From positions 896,001 to 960,000 of the forward strand of contig OZ244239.1 of the NCBI GenBank assembly GCA_965217115.1: 64,000 nucleotides of DNA. The letters are read 5' to 3'. Below the pieces are notes generated by a model. It saw only the letters and a program-made list of their open reading frames with translations. It had not been told where the DNA came from and searched no databases. The first letter of the stretch is position 1. Each line of letters begins with the position of its first letter. This document shows, piece by piece, positions 25,195 through 34,101 of this stretch. A program made the position numbers and the translations under genes. Origin of the DNA: Bdellovibrionales bacterium. Lineage in GTDB: Bacteria > Bdellovibrionota > Bdellovibrionia > Bdellovibrionales > CAYMLA01.

Positions 25195-26457
25195 ATGGAT
25201 AAACTACTCAAAGGTCAGTTTTTTGAAAACACCCTCCGCTCACTCGAAAATGCAGGCCGAGTTATCAACATAGACCCCAACGTTATGGAGCGTCTTAAAT
25301 ATCCTAAAAGATGTATCATTATGAGTATCCCCATCCGCATGGACGACTACAGTGTTAAAGTCTTCACTGGATACCGCGTTCAGCACAACTCCACACTTGG
25401 ACCATTTAAAGGGGGTATTCGTTACCATCAAAATGTGACTCTTAGTGAAGTCGCAGCGTTATCCACTCTTATGACTTTTAAGAATTCTCTCCTAGGTCTT
25501 CCTCTAGGAGGAGGTAAGGGTGGCGTGACAGTTGACCCCACGCAGCTCTCTAAGACAGAAAAACAAAATCTCACTCGGCGTTACGCCAGTGAACTGAGCA
25601 CCTTTATTGGCCCACGCACAGATATCCCAGCGCCAGATGTTGGAACAACTCCACAAACCATGGCTTGGTTTATGGATACGTACTCTCAAGAGACAGGCCT
25701 TGCACAACCAGGGTGTGTCACTGGAAAACCTGTCGCTATCGGTGGAACTGAAGGTCGGGCTGGCGCCACAGGACTTGGAGTTGTTTACTGCACCGAACGA
25801 GCCTGGCAGAAATTAGGTCGGAAAATGTCTGAGGTATCAATCGCCATACAGGGTTTTGGAAATGTTGGCCAAAATGCCGCTCTCTATAGCCACCGTCTTG
25901 GTTCTAAAGTTATCGCTGTCAGTGATGTCTTTGGAGGCTTTTATGACCCTGAAGGACTCGATATACCAGGTATGATCGAATATGCAAAAGCATACAAGTC
26001 TCTTAAAGGATACTCCAAAGGGGCTGCCATTTCCAACGAAGAACTTCTGCATTTAGACGTAGACTCTCTTTTGCCTTGCGCCCTTGAGGGAGTGATTCAC
26101 AAGGATAATTTTGACAAGGTCAAAGCAAAAATGATTGTCGAAGGAGCCAACGGGCCTTGCACTATCGAAGCCAGTAAAGCCCTACGAGAAAAAAATGTTC
26201 ACATCATCCCTGATGTTCTTGCCAATGGCGGAGGTGTAGTTGTCAGTTACTTTGAGTGGGTGCAGGATGCCACTTCTTCCCTCTTTTGGGGAGAAACTGA
26301 GGTCAATCGTCGTCTAGAAACCATCATGCACAAAGCATTTGATACAGTTTGGGCATTTTCAGAAGAAAAAAATTTAGATATGAGATTATCCGCAATGTCC
26401 GTTTCTGTTAAACGCCTTGAACGTGCCACTCTTATGCGAGGGCTTTATCCTAGATAA
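25195..26457 (+). CDS. gdhA: Glu/Leu/Phe/Val dehydrogenase (glutamate dehydrogenase)
   Basis: GPFKGGIRYH, GGGKGG, PAPDVGT, QGFGNVG, EGANGP. Confidence 0.95.
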   Translation: MDKLLKGQFFENTLRSLENAGRVINIDPNVMERLKYPKRCIIMSIPIRMDDYSVKVFTGYRVQHNSTLGPFKGGIRYHQNVTLSEVAALSTLMTFKNSLLGLPLGGGKGGVTVDPTQLSKTEKQNLTRRYASELSTFIGPRTDIPAPDVGTTPQTMAWFMDTYSQETGLAQPGCVTGKPVAIGGTEGRAGATGLGVVYCTERAWQKLGRKMSEVSIAIQGFGNVGQNAALYSHRLGSKVIAVSDVFGGFYDPEGLDIPGMIEYAKAYKSLKGYSKGAAISNEELLHLDVDSLLPCALEGVIHKDNFDKVKAKMIVEGANGPCTIEASKALREKNVHIIPDVLANGGGVVVSYFEWVQDATSSLFWGETEVNRRLETIMHKAFDTVWAFSEEKNLDMRLSAMSVSVKRLERATLMRGLYPR

Positions 26458-26465
26458 AGTAACTG

Positions 26466-27437
26466 ATGATGCTCTGGTCGTTTGTTCCCCCAAAAATAGC
26501 CCATGACATAGCTCCCTATGCCCTAAAGGCCTATACATTTTTTTCTAAAGCAGAGCCCGTAGCATGTAATTCTTTTTCATGGCGTGGTCTTCACTTTCCT
26601 AATCGCTTAGGGATTGCGGGAGGTGTCGATAAAACAGCTTCGAGTATTATTCCCTGGTGGAAACTCGGTGCTGGTTTTATTGAAGTTGGCACTGTCACCC
26701 CCCAACCTCAAAAACCCAATTCAGGAAAAATCCTTATTCGTGATGAACAACAAAGAGCTCTGTGGAATAAGATGGGGTTCCCAAGCCCTGGTTCTGAAAC
26801 AGTCCTCAAAAATCTTAAAAAAATCCCCTCCAAAAGACTCTCTCCCATCTTTATTAATATTGGCAAAAACCGTCAAACAGAGAGTCACAACGCTCATGAA
26901 GACTACAGTCAACTCGTTCATTTATTTCAAAACTATGCTGATGCTTTTGTTATCAATATCAGTAGCCCAAATACAGAGGGCTTACGCTCTTTGCAAGAAC
27001 CGGAAACTATTCACAAACTCATCTCTCAATGCCAAAAATTCAATAAGAAAAACATTCCAGTTCTTATAAAGTTTAGTCCCGATCTACACAGAGAAAAACT
27101 CAAAGAAAATCTCTTGGCCTCCTTAGAGGCAAATATTGATGGGTGGATTCTAACAAACACCACTACTGATCGTACGAACACCCCTCATCTACCCAAGGAA
27201 GGGGGTGTTTCAGGCACTCCACTCACTCAACTTTCACGGAAAAAACTCGAAGAAACAATTGATATTTTAGGCACTCAGAAAGAAGGAAAGCTTCTCATCT
27301 CAACAGGAGGCATCATGGGCGCAGAAGAGGCCGATCTTAGATTAGACATGGGTGCTGATCTGATTCAATTCTACTCAGCCCTTGTCTTTAAAGGGCCTCG
27401 TTTTTTTAAAGACGTCACTCAATTTTGGATAAAATAA
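26466..27437 (+). CDS. pyrD: Quinone-dependent dihydroorotate dehydrogenase
   Basis: AGGVDK, EVGTVTP, NIGKN, NISSPNT, TNTT, GGVSG. Confidence 0.95.
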   Translation: MMLWSFVPPKIAHDIAPYALKAYTFFSKAEPVACNSFSWRGLHFPNRLGIAGGVDKTASSIIPWWKLGAGFIEVGTVTPQPQKPNSGKILIRDEQQRALWNKMGFPSPGSETVLKNLKKIPSKRLSPIFINIGKNRQTESHNAHEDYSQLVHLFQNYADAFVINISSPNTEGLRSLQEPETIHKLISQCQKFNKKNIPVLIKFSPDLHREKLKENLLASLEANIDGWILTNTTTDRTNTPHLPKEGGVSGTPLTQLSRKKLEETIDILGTQKEGKLLISTGGIMGAEEADLRLDMGADLIQFYSALVFKGPRFFKDVTQFWIK

Positions 27438-27511
27438 GTTTTCTTTGATGTCAGCCAGGGCGAGAGCCAGCGTCTGGATTTATGGAGACTCTCTAGACGT
27501 TTAAATATCTC

Positions 27512-27754
27512 TCAACTCCAATCAGGTTCTAATTTTTTCACATCCCTTAGATCAACCAAGCGAGGTTTTAAATCTCTCTCACCAATTCTCTCTAACATAA
27601 CAAAACCATTGTCTACGTCTATTTTAGTAATAAAAGCCTGGGAGAATATCTCACCATCCTTGAAATGATAATTCCCCTTCCACCCTTGCTCAGCACAAAG
27701 CTGGGCTTTTTCTAAAATATCAGCTTCTATACCTTCTGTTTTCTTTTCTCTCAA
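27512..27754 (-). CDS. Small hypothetical protein
   Basis: 80 aa; strong RBS AAGGAG upstream of a TTG start. Confidence 0.7.
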   Translation of the reverse strand: MREKKTEGIEADILEKAQLCAEQGWKGNYHFKDGEIFSQAFITKIDVDNGFVMLERIGERDLKPRLVDLRDVKKLEPDWS

Positions 27755-27814
27755 TGCCTACTCCTTTTAAGTCTCTACATGACATAGTTCTCTTATTACA
27801 GTATCATTTAATAT

Positions 27815-28222
27815 ATGAAAAAGCGTGGACTTTGGATACCTGTTGTTGCTGGTTTCGTTATTAAAAAAGGGCAAATACTCATAGGCGAGCGTATTATTAA
27901 AAATGCAGCCCCTGCATGGGAGTTTCCTGGAGGGAAAATAGAGCTGGGAGAGTCCCCAGAAGAGGCTCTGGCTAGAGAGCTTTTTGAGGAACTCTCAATC
28001 GAAGCGCAAATTGGAGAACTTAAACTCGCCTGCACCCATACCTACAACGACACAGGAATTATTTTGCTTTTTTTCTCGGTTCCCTACTGGAAAGGAGAAG
28101 TTAAGTTGGATCACTACCAAAAAATCAAATGGGTCGCCCCCAAAGAATTGCGACAACTTCCTATCTTAGAATCTAATAAAAAAGTACTCGATCAACTTAT
28201 TTCGGCCATTGAGGACTCTTAA
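27815..28222 (+). CDS. MutT-like NUDIX hydrolase
   Basis: WEFPGGKIELGESPEEALARELFEEL Nudix box. Confidence 0.93.
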   Translation: MKKRGLWIPVVAGFVIKKGQILIGERIIKNAAPAWEFPGGKIELGESPEEALARELFEELSIEAQIGELKLACTHTYNDTGIILLFFSVPYWKGEVKLDHYQKIKWVAPKELRQLPILESNKKVLDQLISAIEDS

Positions 28223-28242
28223 CGTGGTAAAAAATACGACCT

Positions 28243-29496
28243 ATGACTTCTAAAAAACCATTTCCTACTCAATTTAATGTCTGTATTGTGGCTGGGAAAC
28301 TTCCTATCCTAGGACGTGCCGCACAACATGGCTTTCTTTGGCCACTGGCTAAAGGTCTAGCAGATGAAGGCCATAACGTCACTGTTCTCTCCACAAGAAG
28401 TCCATTAAATAGATATAAATTACAAAGAGCCGGGGTTGATATTTATTTTATCAAAGAAAAGGAGAGCTCTTATAAAAATTTACCATTTCCCGATGGAGTT
28501 AAAGAAATTTTTAATCACCTTCATCAAGAATCCCCCTTTCATCTTATTCACAGCATCGATGCCAACGGCTACAAGATTATCAGAGACAAAAAGCTCTATC
28601 GAGTGGCTGCCGCTGTTGATATCGGTGCAACACAAATATCACAGCTTTTTTCAATTCTTGCCATGGCACAAGAAACTTTAGGGAGCCAGTTAAGCACAAG
28701 TTTAGCCATAGCCTACAAATTTATAACGACCTACTACGGCAGAGACAGAAGCATACTTAGAAAAGCCGATGGGATTTTTGTTTCCAGCCCCCAGCAACGT
28801 ATCGTACTAGAGAGATACTATCTTTTTCCCGATGCCCGTACCTATACCATTCCCTATAGTATTGAATTAGGGGATCTATCGGCAGATCATGACAATAATG
28901 CCTTAAGAGAAACACTCGGAGTACCCAAAGAGAGTAAAACAGTTGTTACAATCTCTGATATGAGCGAGTTTGGAGAATTACGCAATTTGCTTCGAGCTTT
29001 TCAAAAAGTTGCCATTAAAAAACCCAGTTCAAGACTTATCATCGTTGGTAACGGTCCTATGTTTAAAAAAGTCGAATATGAAATACTCATTCTAGCCTTA
29101 GGAAGTAAAGTCATTCTAACAGGCGCCGTAAATAACACGGATCTACCGAACTATATTTCTCTCTCCGATGTTTTTGTTAATCTCAGCTCACGCACAACAG
29201 GTTTTGAATCCAGCATTATCGAAGCCATGGCACAAAAAAAGGTCGTTGTCGGATCCGAAGTAAGCCCTATTTCTAATATTGTTGACGATGGTATTGACGG
29301 CTTTCTTATTAGACCAGCCGATGTCTCATCCCTCTCATCTTTGCTAATAGAAATTTTCACATTGCAATTACCCACGGAAGAGATCGGACAAAATGCTCGT
29401 AAGAAGACGCTTGATTTGTTTGATGCGTCGCGTATGATGGGGCAGCTCGTCGATGCCTACACTCGTATTATTAGATCCACCAACTATTATCTATGA
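28243..29496 (+). CDS. Glycosyltransferase family 4
   Basis: GT-B motifs LIIVGNGP, IIEAMAQKKVVV, DGFLI. Confidence 0.9.
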   Translation: MTSKKPFPTQFNVCIVAGKLPILGRAAQHGFLWPLAKGLADEGHNVTVLSTRSPLNRYKLQRAGVDIYFIKEKESSYKNLPFPDGVKEIFNHLHQESPFHLIHSIDANGYKIIRDKKLYRVAAAVDIGATQISQLFSILAMAQETLGSQLSTSLAIAYKFITTYYGRDRSILRKADGIFVSSPQQRIVLERYYLFPDARTYTIPYSIELGDLSADHDNNALRETLGVPKESKTVVTISDMSEFGELRNLLRAFQKVAIKKPSSRLIIVGNGPMFKKVEYEILILALGSKVILTGAVNNTDLPNYISLSDVFVNLSSRTTGFESSIIEAMAQKKVVVGSEVSPISNIVDDGIDGFLIRPADVSSLSSLLIEIFTLQLPTEEIGQNARKKTLDLFDASRMMGQLVDAYTRIIRSTNYYL

Positions 29497-29671
29497 AACA
29501 CGACCGTATGGTTGTTAATTCCCTACATCGAACACCAGCCCATGTTTTCCCTAGGAATATCAAAATAATATTGGTACAATTTAAGTCTTCTCAGTGGGTT
29601 ACAAAGGTTTTTCTCCACTGATAAAATATCATTTATTTACAACCTCTTTTTATTAACTAAGGACAGTGGCC

Positions 29672-29959
29672 ATGACAAAAGCAGACCTTATTAATCATAT
29701 CTCCGAAAAAGCAGGCATCACTCGTGTGAAATCTGAAACTGTTATAAATACCATTTTTGATTCTATGATCGAAGCACTTGTTCGTAATGATCGTATTGAA
29801 ATTCGCGGCTTCGGTTCTTTTGTCAATCGCATTTATGAACCCTATAAAGGACGAAATCCAAGAACAGGTGAAGTTATTAATGTTGGCGAAAAGAAACTTC
29901 CCTTTTTCAAAGTCGGTAAACAATTAAAAGAAACTATTAATAATGAGGGAAAATCTTAA
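29672..29959 (+). CDS. HU/IHF family DNA-binding protein (IHF-beta-like)
   Basis: MTKADLI, RIEIRGFGSF, GRNPRTGE, PFFKVGKQLKE. Confidence 0.95.
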   Translation: MTKADLINHISEKAGITRVKSETVINTIFDSMIEALVRNDRIEIRGFGSFVNRIYEPYKGRNPRTGEVINVGEKKLPFFKVGKQLKETINNEGKS

Positions 29960-30929
29960 ACTCTCTCATATCGTCAATTCCCATAATCACCATAAACAAC
30001 CTTTCCAACCCCAGTGCGATGCCAGAGGAATCCGGCATTCCCTCTCTGAGAGCTTGAATAAAGTCCTCATCTATTGGAACAGGTTCCTTTCCCAAGCGTT
30101 TTCTTATTTCTAAGTCCTTTTTAAATCTTTTTACCTGTTCATCAGGATCAACTAATTCATAAAAAGCATTGGCAATTTCAACCCCTTGACAATAAAACTC
30201 GAACCTCTGTGCCCAGCCATCAGCTCCAATCTTCGCCAATGCTGCCATAGAGGGGGGGAAATTTGATATAAAGACTCCTTGTTGGCCTTTTAAATAAGGT
30301 TCTATTTTTTCTAAAAAAGCCCGAAAGAACAAATCATCCCACTCATCATCTTCTTTGAAATTAATAGATAAGCTCTCTAATAACTGTCTCAAATCCTCTT
30401 CAGAAGTGTGTGGGAATAAGTGAAAATCTAACACTTTTTGGAATAACGAAGCCATTGTTTCAAATTGAATAAAGCTTATAGCCGACCCTGCTATTTGTTC
30501 TACTTCCCTTCTCTTCGCCCACTCTTGGGAACTTCTTAATAAGAGTTCAACGTCTTTCTGTAAACTCTCTAAGTCCTCATCGACTCGATACCATTCTAGC
30601 ATAGTGAACTCTGGTTGATGATAACGCCCAAACTCCCCATTGCGAAAACACTTTTTTATTTCAAAGACTTTTTTCCAACCTGCAACAAGAAGCCTCTTTA
30701 AATGAAACTCCGGACTTGTTGGTAGATATTTAATAAAAACACTGCCATTTGAATGTAATTGAGTCTTAAACGGCTCTAAGTAAGGCTCTAACCCCGGAGA
30801 ACTTACCAGTGTCGGAGTTTCTGCCTGTGAGAACTGATGGGAGATAAAAAACTCCCTAACATGAGCTTGAAACGCCATCCAAAGATCATGTTTCTCTTTC
30901 TTTCCATAGATTTGTTTAAAATCTTCCAT
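29937..30929 (-). CDS. epmA: EF-P lysine aminoacylase EpmA/GenX
   Basis: LPTSPEFHLKRLL, FRNGE, HQPEFTMLEWY, GIALGLERL; no anticodon-binding domain. Confidence 0.93.
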   Translation of the reverse strand: MEDFKQIYGKKEKHDLWMAFQAHVREFFISHQFSQAETPTLVSSPGLEPYLEPFKTQLHSNGSVFIKYLPTSPEFHLKRLLVAGWKKVFEIKKCFRNGEFGRYHQPEFTMLEWYRVDEDLESLQKDVELLLRSSQEWAKRREVEQIAGSAISFIQFETMASLFQKVLDFHLFPHTSEEDLRQLLESLSINFKEDDEWDDLFFRAFLEKIEPYLKGQQGVFISNFPPSMAALAKIGADGWAQRFEFYCQGVEIANAFYELVDPDEQVKRFKKDLEIRKRLGKEPVPIDEDFIQALREGMPDSSGIALGLERLFMVIMGIDDMREFKIFPHY

Positions 30930-30938
30930 TAATTGAAG

Positions 30939-32600
30939 CTATTTTCCCTGAAATTCATAGTTAAAGGATAGGTAGATTCCCCAGTTAAGTTCAGACAGCT
31001 TACCATTCATAAATTGAGTTCTTATTTTTTTAACACGAATCCCACCTACAAAAAAGCGACCTCTTTCAAGGTTCAAACGAACTCCAGCACGATAACCAAA
31101 GGAGTAGCTCTCCAGTGGGCGACCTCCTGATACACTTGCAAAAATCGGCCAACCTAATAAAAATTCATTCACCATTAATGTTTTAGGCCAAAGAGGAAAA
31201 GTCACTACGCCACCAAAAAGTGGTGATACACGGGAGAGAGAAGAAAGTCCACTTGGATTCGACTCACTCTCATCAGATGTGGCAGAGTAAACATCATAAC
31301 CTAGCCCTGCCTGCCAATTAATAAAATATTCATCCCCTTTCCTCCAAGGACGTGTGTAAAAAAACTCTGATAACAAAAATGTCGTTTTCTGATTTAAAGA
31401 AGTTGATGACGAACTTGACTGGTTACCAAAACCAACTAAACCTCTTCCCAACCAAGAGCCTCTGCCTAAGGATATCTGCAAAAAAGGACTTGTCTCTAAA
31501 TGATAATCCATCGCAGATAATTCACTTGTATCCACGAAAGTGTCAATAGAGATCCATTTAACCCCCGCCTGCACCCACCAAGACTTATTGTGTAGATTTT
31601 TTTCTTCAAAGAGAAACACTGACTTCTTAGATAAACGCACCTTCATAAAAGGCTTTAATCCCGCATCTTTCTTTTTAAGTCTTCCGTGGATTTGCTTTCC
31701 ATCCACTCTCATTATTTTTAGAACCCCTCGCCTTCGAGCTTCTTTTTGTAGAATGAGCCCTTCTGGCGAAAACTCTAAAATTTCTAAATAATCTCCTCTC
31801 TTGAGGTTTGTCTTTAAATTTAATGTTGCAACAGCCTTGTCTCCCGTTATTTTTGTTAAAAAACCATCAAAGGGAATTGCTTTTACCAATGAACGTACAA
31901 TTTGAATAACTATTTTTCTACGCCCTTTCTTGGCTGTATCTCGCGGAAATTTTAATTGCCATTGAGCTAACTCCACATTTTTTTGTGAACTAATAATTTT
32001 CATATATAATGTTTTTTTTCTTATTTGGAAAAGCACTAACCCCACATTTTCTCTCAATGCTTTGTTTTTCCATTTTCCTAGGATATAGGGCCGGCGTGAA
32101 ATTTTTATTTTCAATGGCGCTTGTTTTTTTAACGACTTAAAAATGATTCTTTGTAACGGCCATAGCTTTCTACGCCATTTTTTCTTGATCACACTATCAG
32201 CTAAGGAGATGTCTATGGGAGTTAAAATCAGAGATTCCAAGGCACTGACTCTTGGAGCAATGAAATCAGCAGAGCCTTCTATGAAACCTTTCTCAGCTTC
32301 GCTTTCATCCTCAAAAGCCGTTAATTTTTCTTCTTCTGCGTTTAACGAAAATTCCTCATTTTTTTTTACACTCTCTTCTGATTCTTCTTCATCAATGCCT
32401 AGATTTTTTAGCTCCTCATTACTCAACTCGTCATTACTCAACTCGTCATTGTTCAACTCGTCATTGTTCAAATCATCAACATATTCAATATCCTCTAACG
32501 CTTGAGCCTTTAATTCATGGCATGAAAATCCATACCAAAAAACAGTCACAGCAAAAACATGTAATAATATCTTTAATCTACTCTTTGCCACTTTCACCAC
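30939..32600 (-). CDS. Secreted hypothetical protein, probable C-terminal beta-barrel
   Basis: Signal peptide, acidic N-terminal repeats, alternating beta-strand C-terminus (IYLSFNYEF). Confidence 0.7.
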   Translation of the reverse strand: MVKVAKSRLKILLHVFAVTVFWYGFSCHELKAQALEDIEYVDDLNNDELNNDELSNDELSNEELKNLGIDEEESEESVKKNEEFSLNAEEEKLTAFEDESEAEKGFIEGSADFIAPRVSALESLILTPIDISLADSVIKKKWRRKLWPLQRIIFKSLKKQAPLKIKISRRPYILGKWKNKALRENVGLVLFQIRKKTLYMKIISSQKNVELAQWQLKFPRDTAKKGRRKIVIQIVRSLVKAIPFDGFLTKITGDKAVATLNLKTNLKRGDYLEILEFSPEGLILQKEARRRGVLKIMRVDGKQIHGRLKKKDAGLKPFMKVRLSKKSVFLFEEKNLHNKSWWVQAGVKWISIDTFVDTSELSAMDYHLETSPFLQISLGRGSWLGRGLVGFGNQSSSSSTSLNQKTTFLLSEFFYTRPWRKGDEYFINWQAGLGYDVYSATSDESESNPSGLSSLSRVSPLFGGVVTFPLWPKTLMVNEFLLGWPIFASVSGGRPLESYSFGYRAGVRLNLERGRFFVGGIRVKKIRTQFMNGKLSELNWGIYLSFNYEFQGK

Positions 32601-32818
32601 TCAACTTCGCATTTACATATTTTAGGGCGTGTAAGCTCTACCATTCATCAAACAATACCATGAATATTCACTCTCAAGCAAAGCAAAGAAGACAATAAAG
32701 CTCCCTAATCATCAGTGTCAATGCCATGAAATTAGACTTGAACTCGCTATTCTTTCTGCTACCATTCCTAAGTAAAAACACCTCTGAATGTTTGCAATAA
32801 GAGAAAAGGAGTGCTTTT

Positions 32819-33343
32819 TTGAAACTGTCTCTTTATATTATTCTTCTCCTCTTACTCCCATCCAGTGCCTACTCTGTTAAAATAAAAAAAGGAGATGTTT
32901 TTCCAACTTTTAAACTGAAAACTCTGGATAATCTAAAAGAGTTTTCTCTGGAAGATTTCAAAGGGAAAGTTGTCGTTTTAGACCTTTGGGCCCATTGGTG
33001 CGCCCCTTGCCTGGAAGCAATGCCTGAATTGGTAAAGTTACAAACAAAATACGGCCTCCATGGCTTACAGGTTGTTGGTGTTAACGTCGATCACAAAATC
33101 CCTAAAGCCATTGAATTTGTTAAGAAATTCCGTCCTAATTTCCCCATTGTTCATGATAAATCACAGAAATATTTGAAAAAAATTAACATACAGGTTCTTC
33201 CAACGACTTTTATTTTAGACCACAAACTAAGGCTCAAGGCTCTATTTAGAGGGTATGGCTCTAGTACGAAGAAAAATCTAGAGAGACAAATCAAAAAATT
33301 GCTACAGCAAGTCCCTCTATCCCCACCCGTGGGAAAGAAATGA
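32819..33343 (+). CDS. TlpA-like thiol-disulfide oxidoreductase
   Basis: LWAHWCAPC motif, LPTTFILD, signal peptide. Confidence 0.92.
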   Translation: MKLSLYIILLLLLPSSAYSVKIKKGDVFPTFKLKTLDNLKEFSLEDFKGKVVVLDLWAHWCAPCLEAMPELVKLQTKYGLHGLQVVGVNVDHKIPKAIEFVKKFRPNFPIVHDKSQKYLKKINIQVLPTTFILDHKLRLKALFRGYGSSTKKNLERQIKKLLQQVPLSPPVGKK

Positions 33344-33583
33344 TCTAAAACAGAGCCATATCCAAACTGAAATGCGCTCTAAAGGATTTGAGCGCTTTTC
33401 TGAACAAATAACAGCAAATCGACAGACTCTCAAGCGACCCTAAGCCCCTCTTCACAGCCCATTCCTTCACCCCTTTAATTTTGTAAATTTATATATATAT
33501 GCTCTTTTTTCACTTATTTTCTTCTCATTTTCACTATTTCCACGTATTTAATGCTTTAAGAGAACCTTACCATGGAGGCTTTT

Positions 33584-34078
33584 GTGAAAAAAACAGATTT
33601 TCTCTTCGAAAGAATAGTCAGTGAGGTGCAAAAAATTAAAGACCTAGACACACTTAAGAAAGAACTCAAAAAACTCGCCAAAGAAATACAAAAAGAGATC
33701 CAAAAAATCGGAAGCCCCGTCGACCTCGCCAAAAACCAGCTAAAACAATTAGAACTTCAATACAGTGATCTTCTTAAAAAAATATCTAAGGCTCAGAAGC
33801 AATTTGATAAAGAGGTCTTCAATGCTCTTGGTAATATAAAAAAAGTACGCAAAGACGCGAAAAAAACTTTCCACTCTTACAAGAAAAAAGCTAAAACTCA
33901 AAAAAAGAAAATTAAAGTCGCCATCAAAAAGAAAGCTAAAAAGAAAACAGCTGCCGTAAAAAAAACTAGTAAAAAAATAGCTAAAAAAATCTCTAAAAAA
34001 ATTAATAAAAAACTAAATACAACTAAAAAAACCTCAACACGTAAAAAAAACTCAACACGTAAAAAAACCTCTTCTTAA
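33584..34078 (+). CDS. Coiled-coil protein with Lys/Ala-rich histone-H1-like C-terminal tail
   Basis: GGAGG then GTG 33584; KKKAKKKTAAVKKTSKK tail. Confidence 0.75.
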   Translation: MKKTDFLFERIVSEVQKIKDLDTLKKELKKLAKEIQKEIQKIGSPVDLAKNQLKQLELQYSDLLKKISKAQKQFDKEVFNALGNIKKVRKDAKKTFHSYKKKAKTQKKKIKVAIKKKAKKKTAAVKKTSKKIAKKISKKINKKLNTTKKTSTRKKNSTRKKTSS

Positions 34079-34101
34079 AAGCAAAGTAAAAGGTCATTGC
34101 T

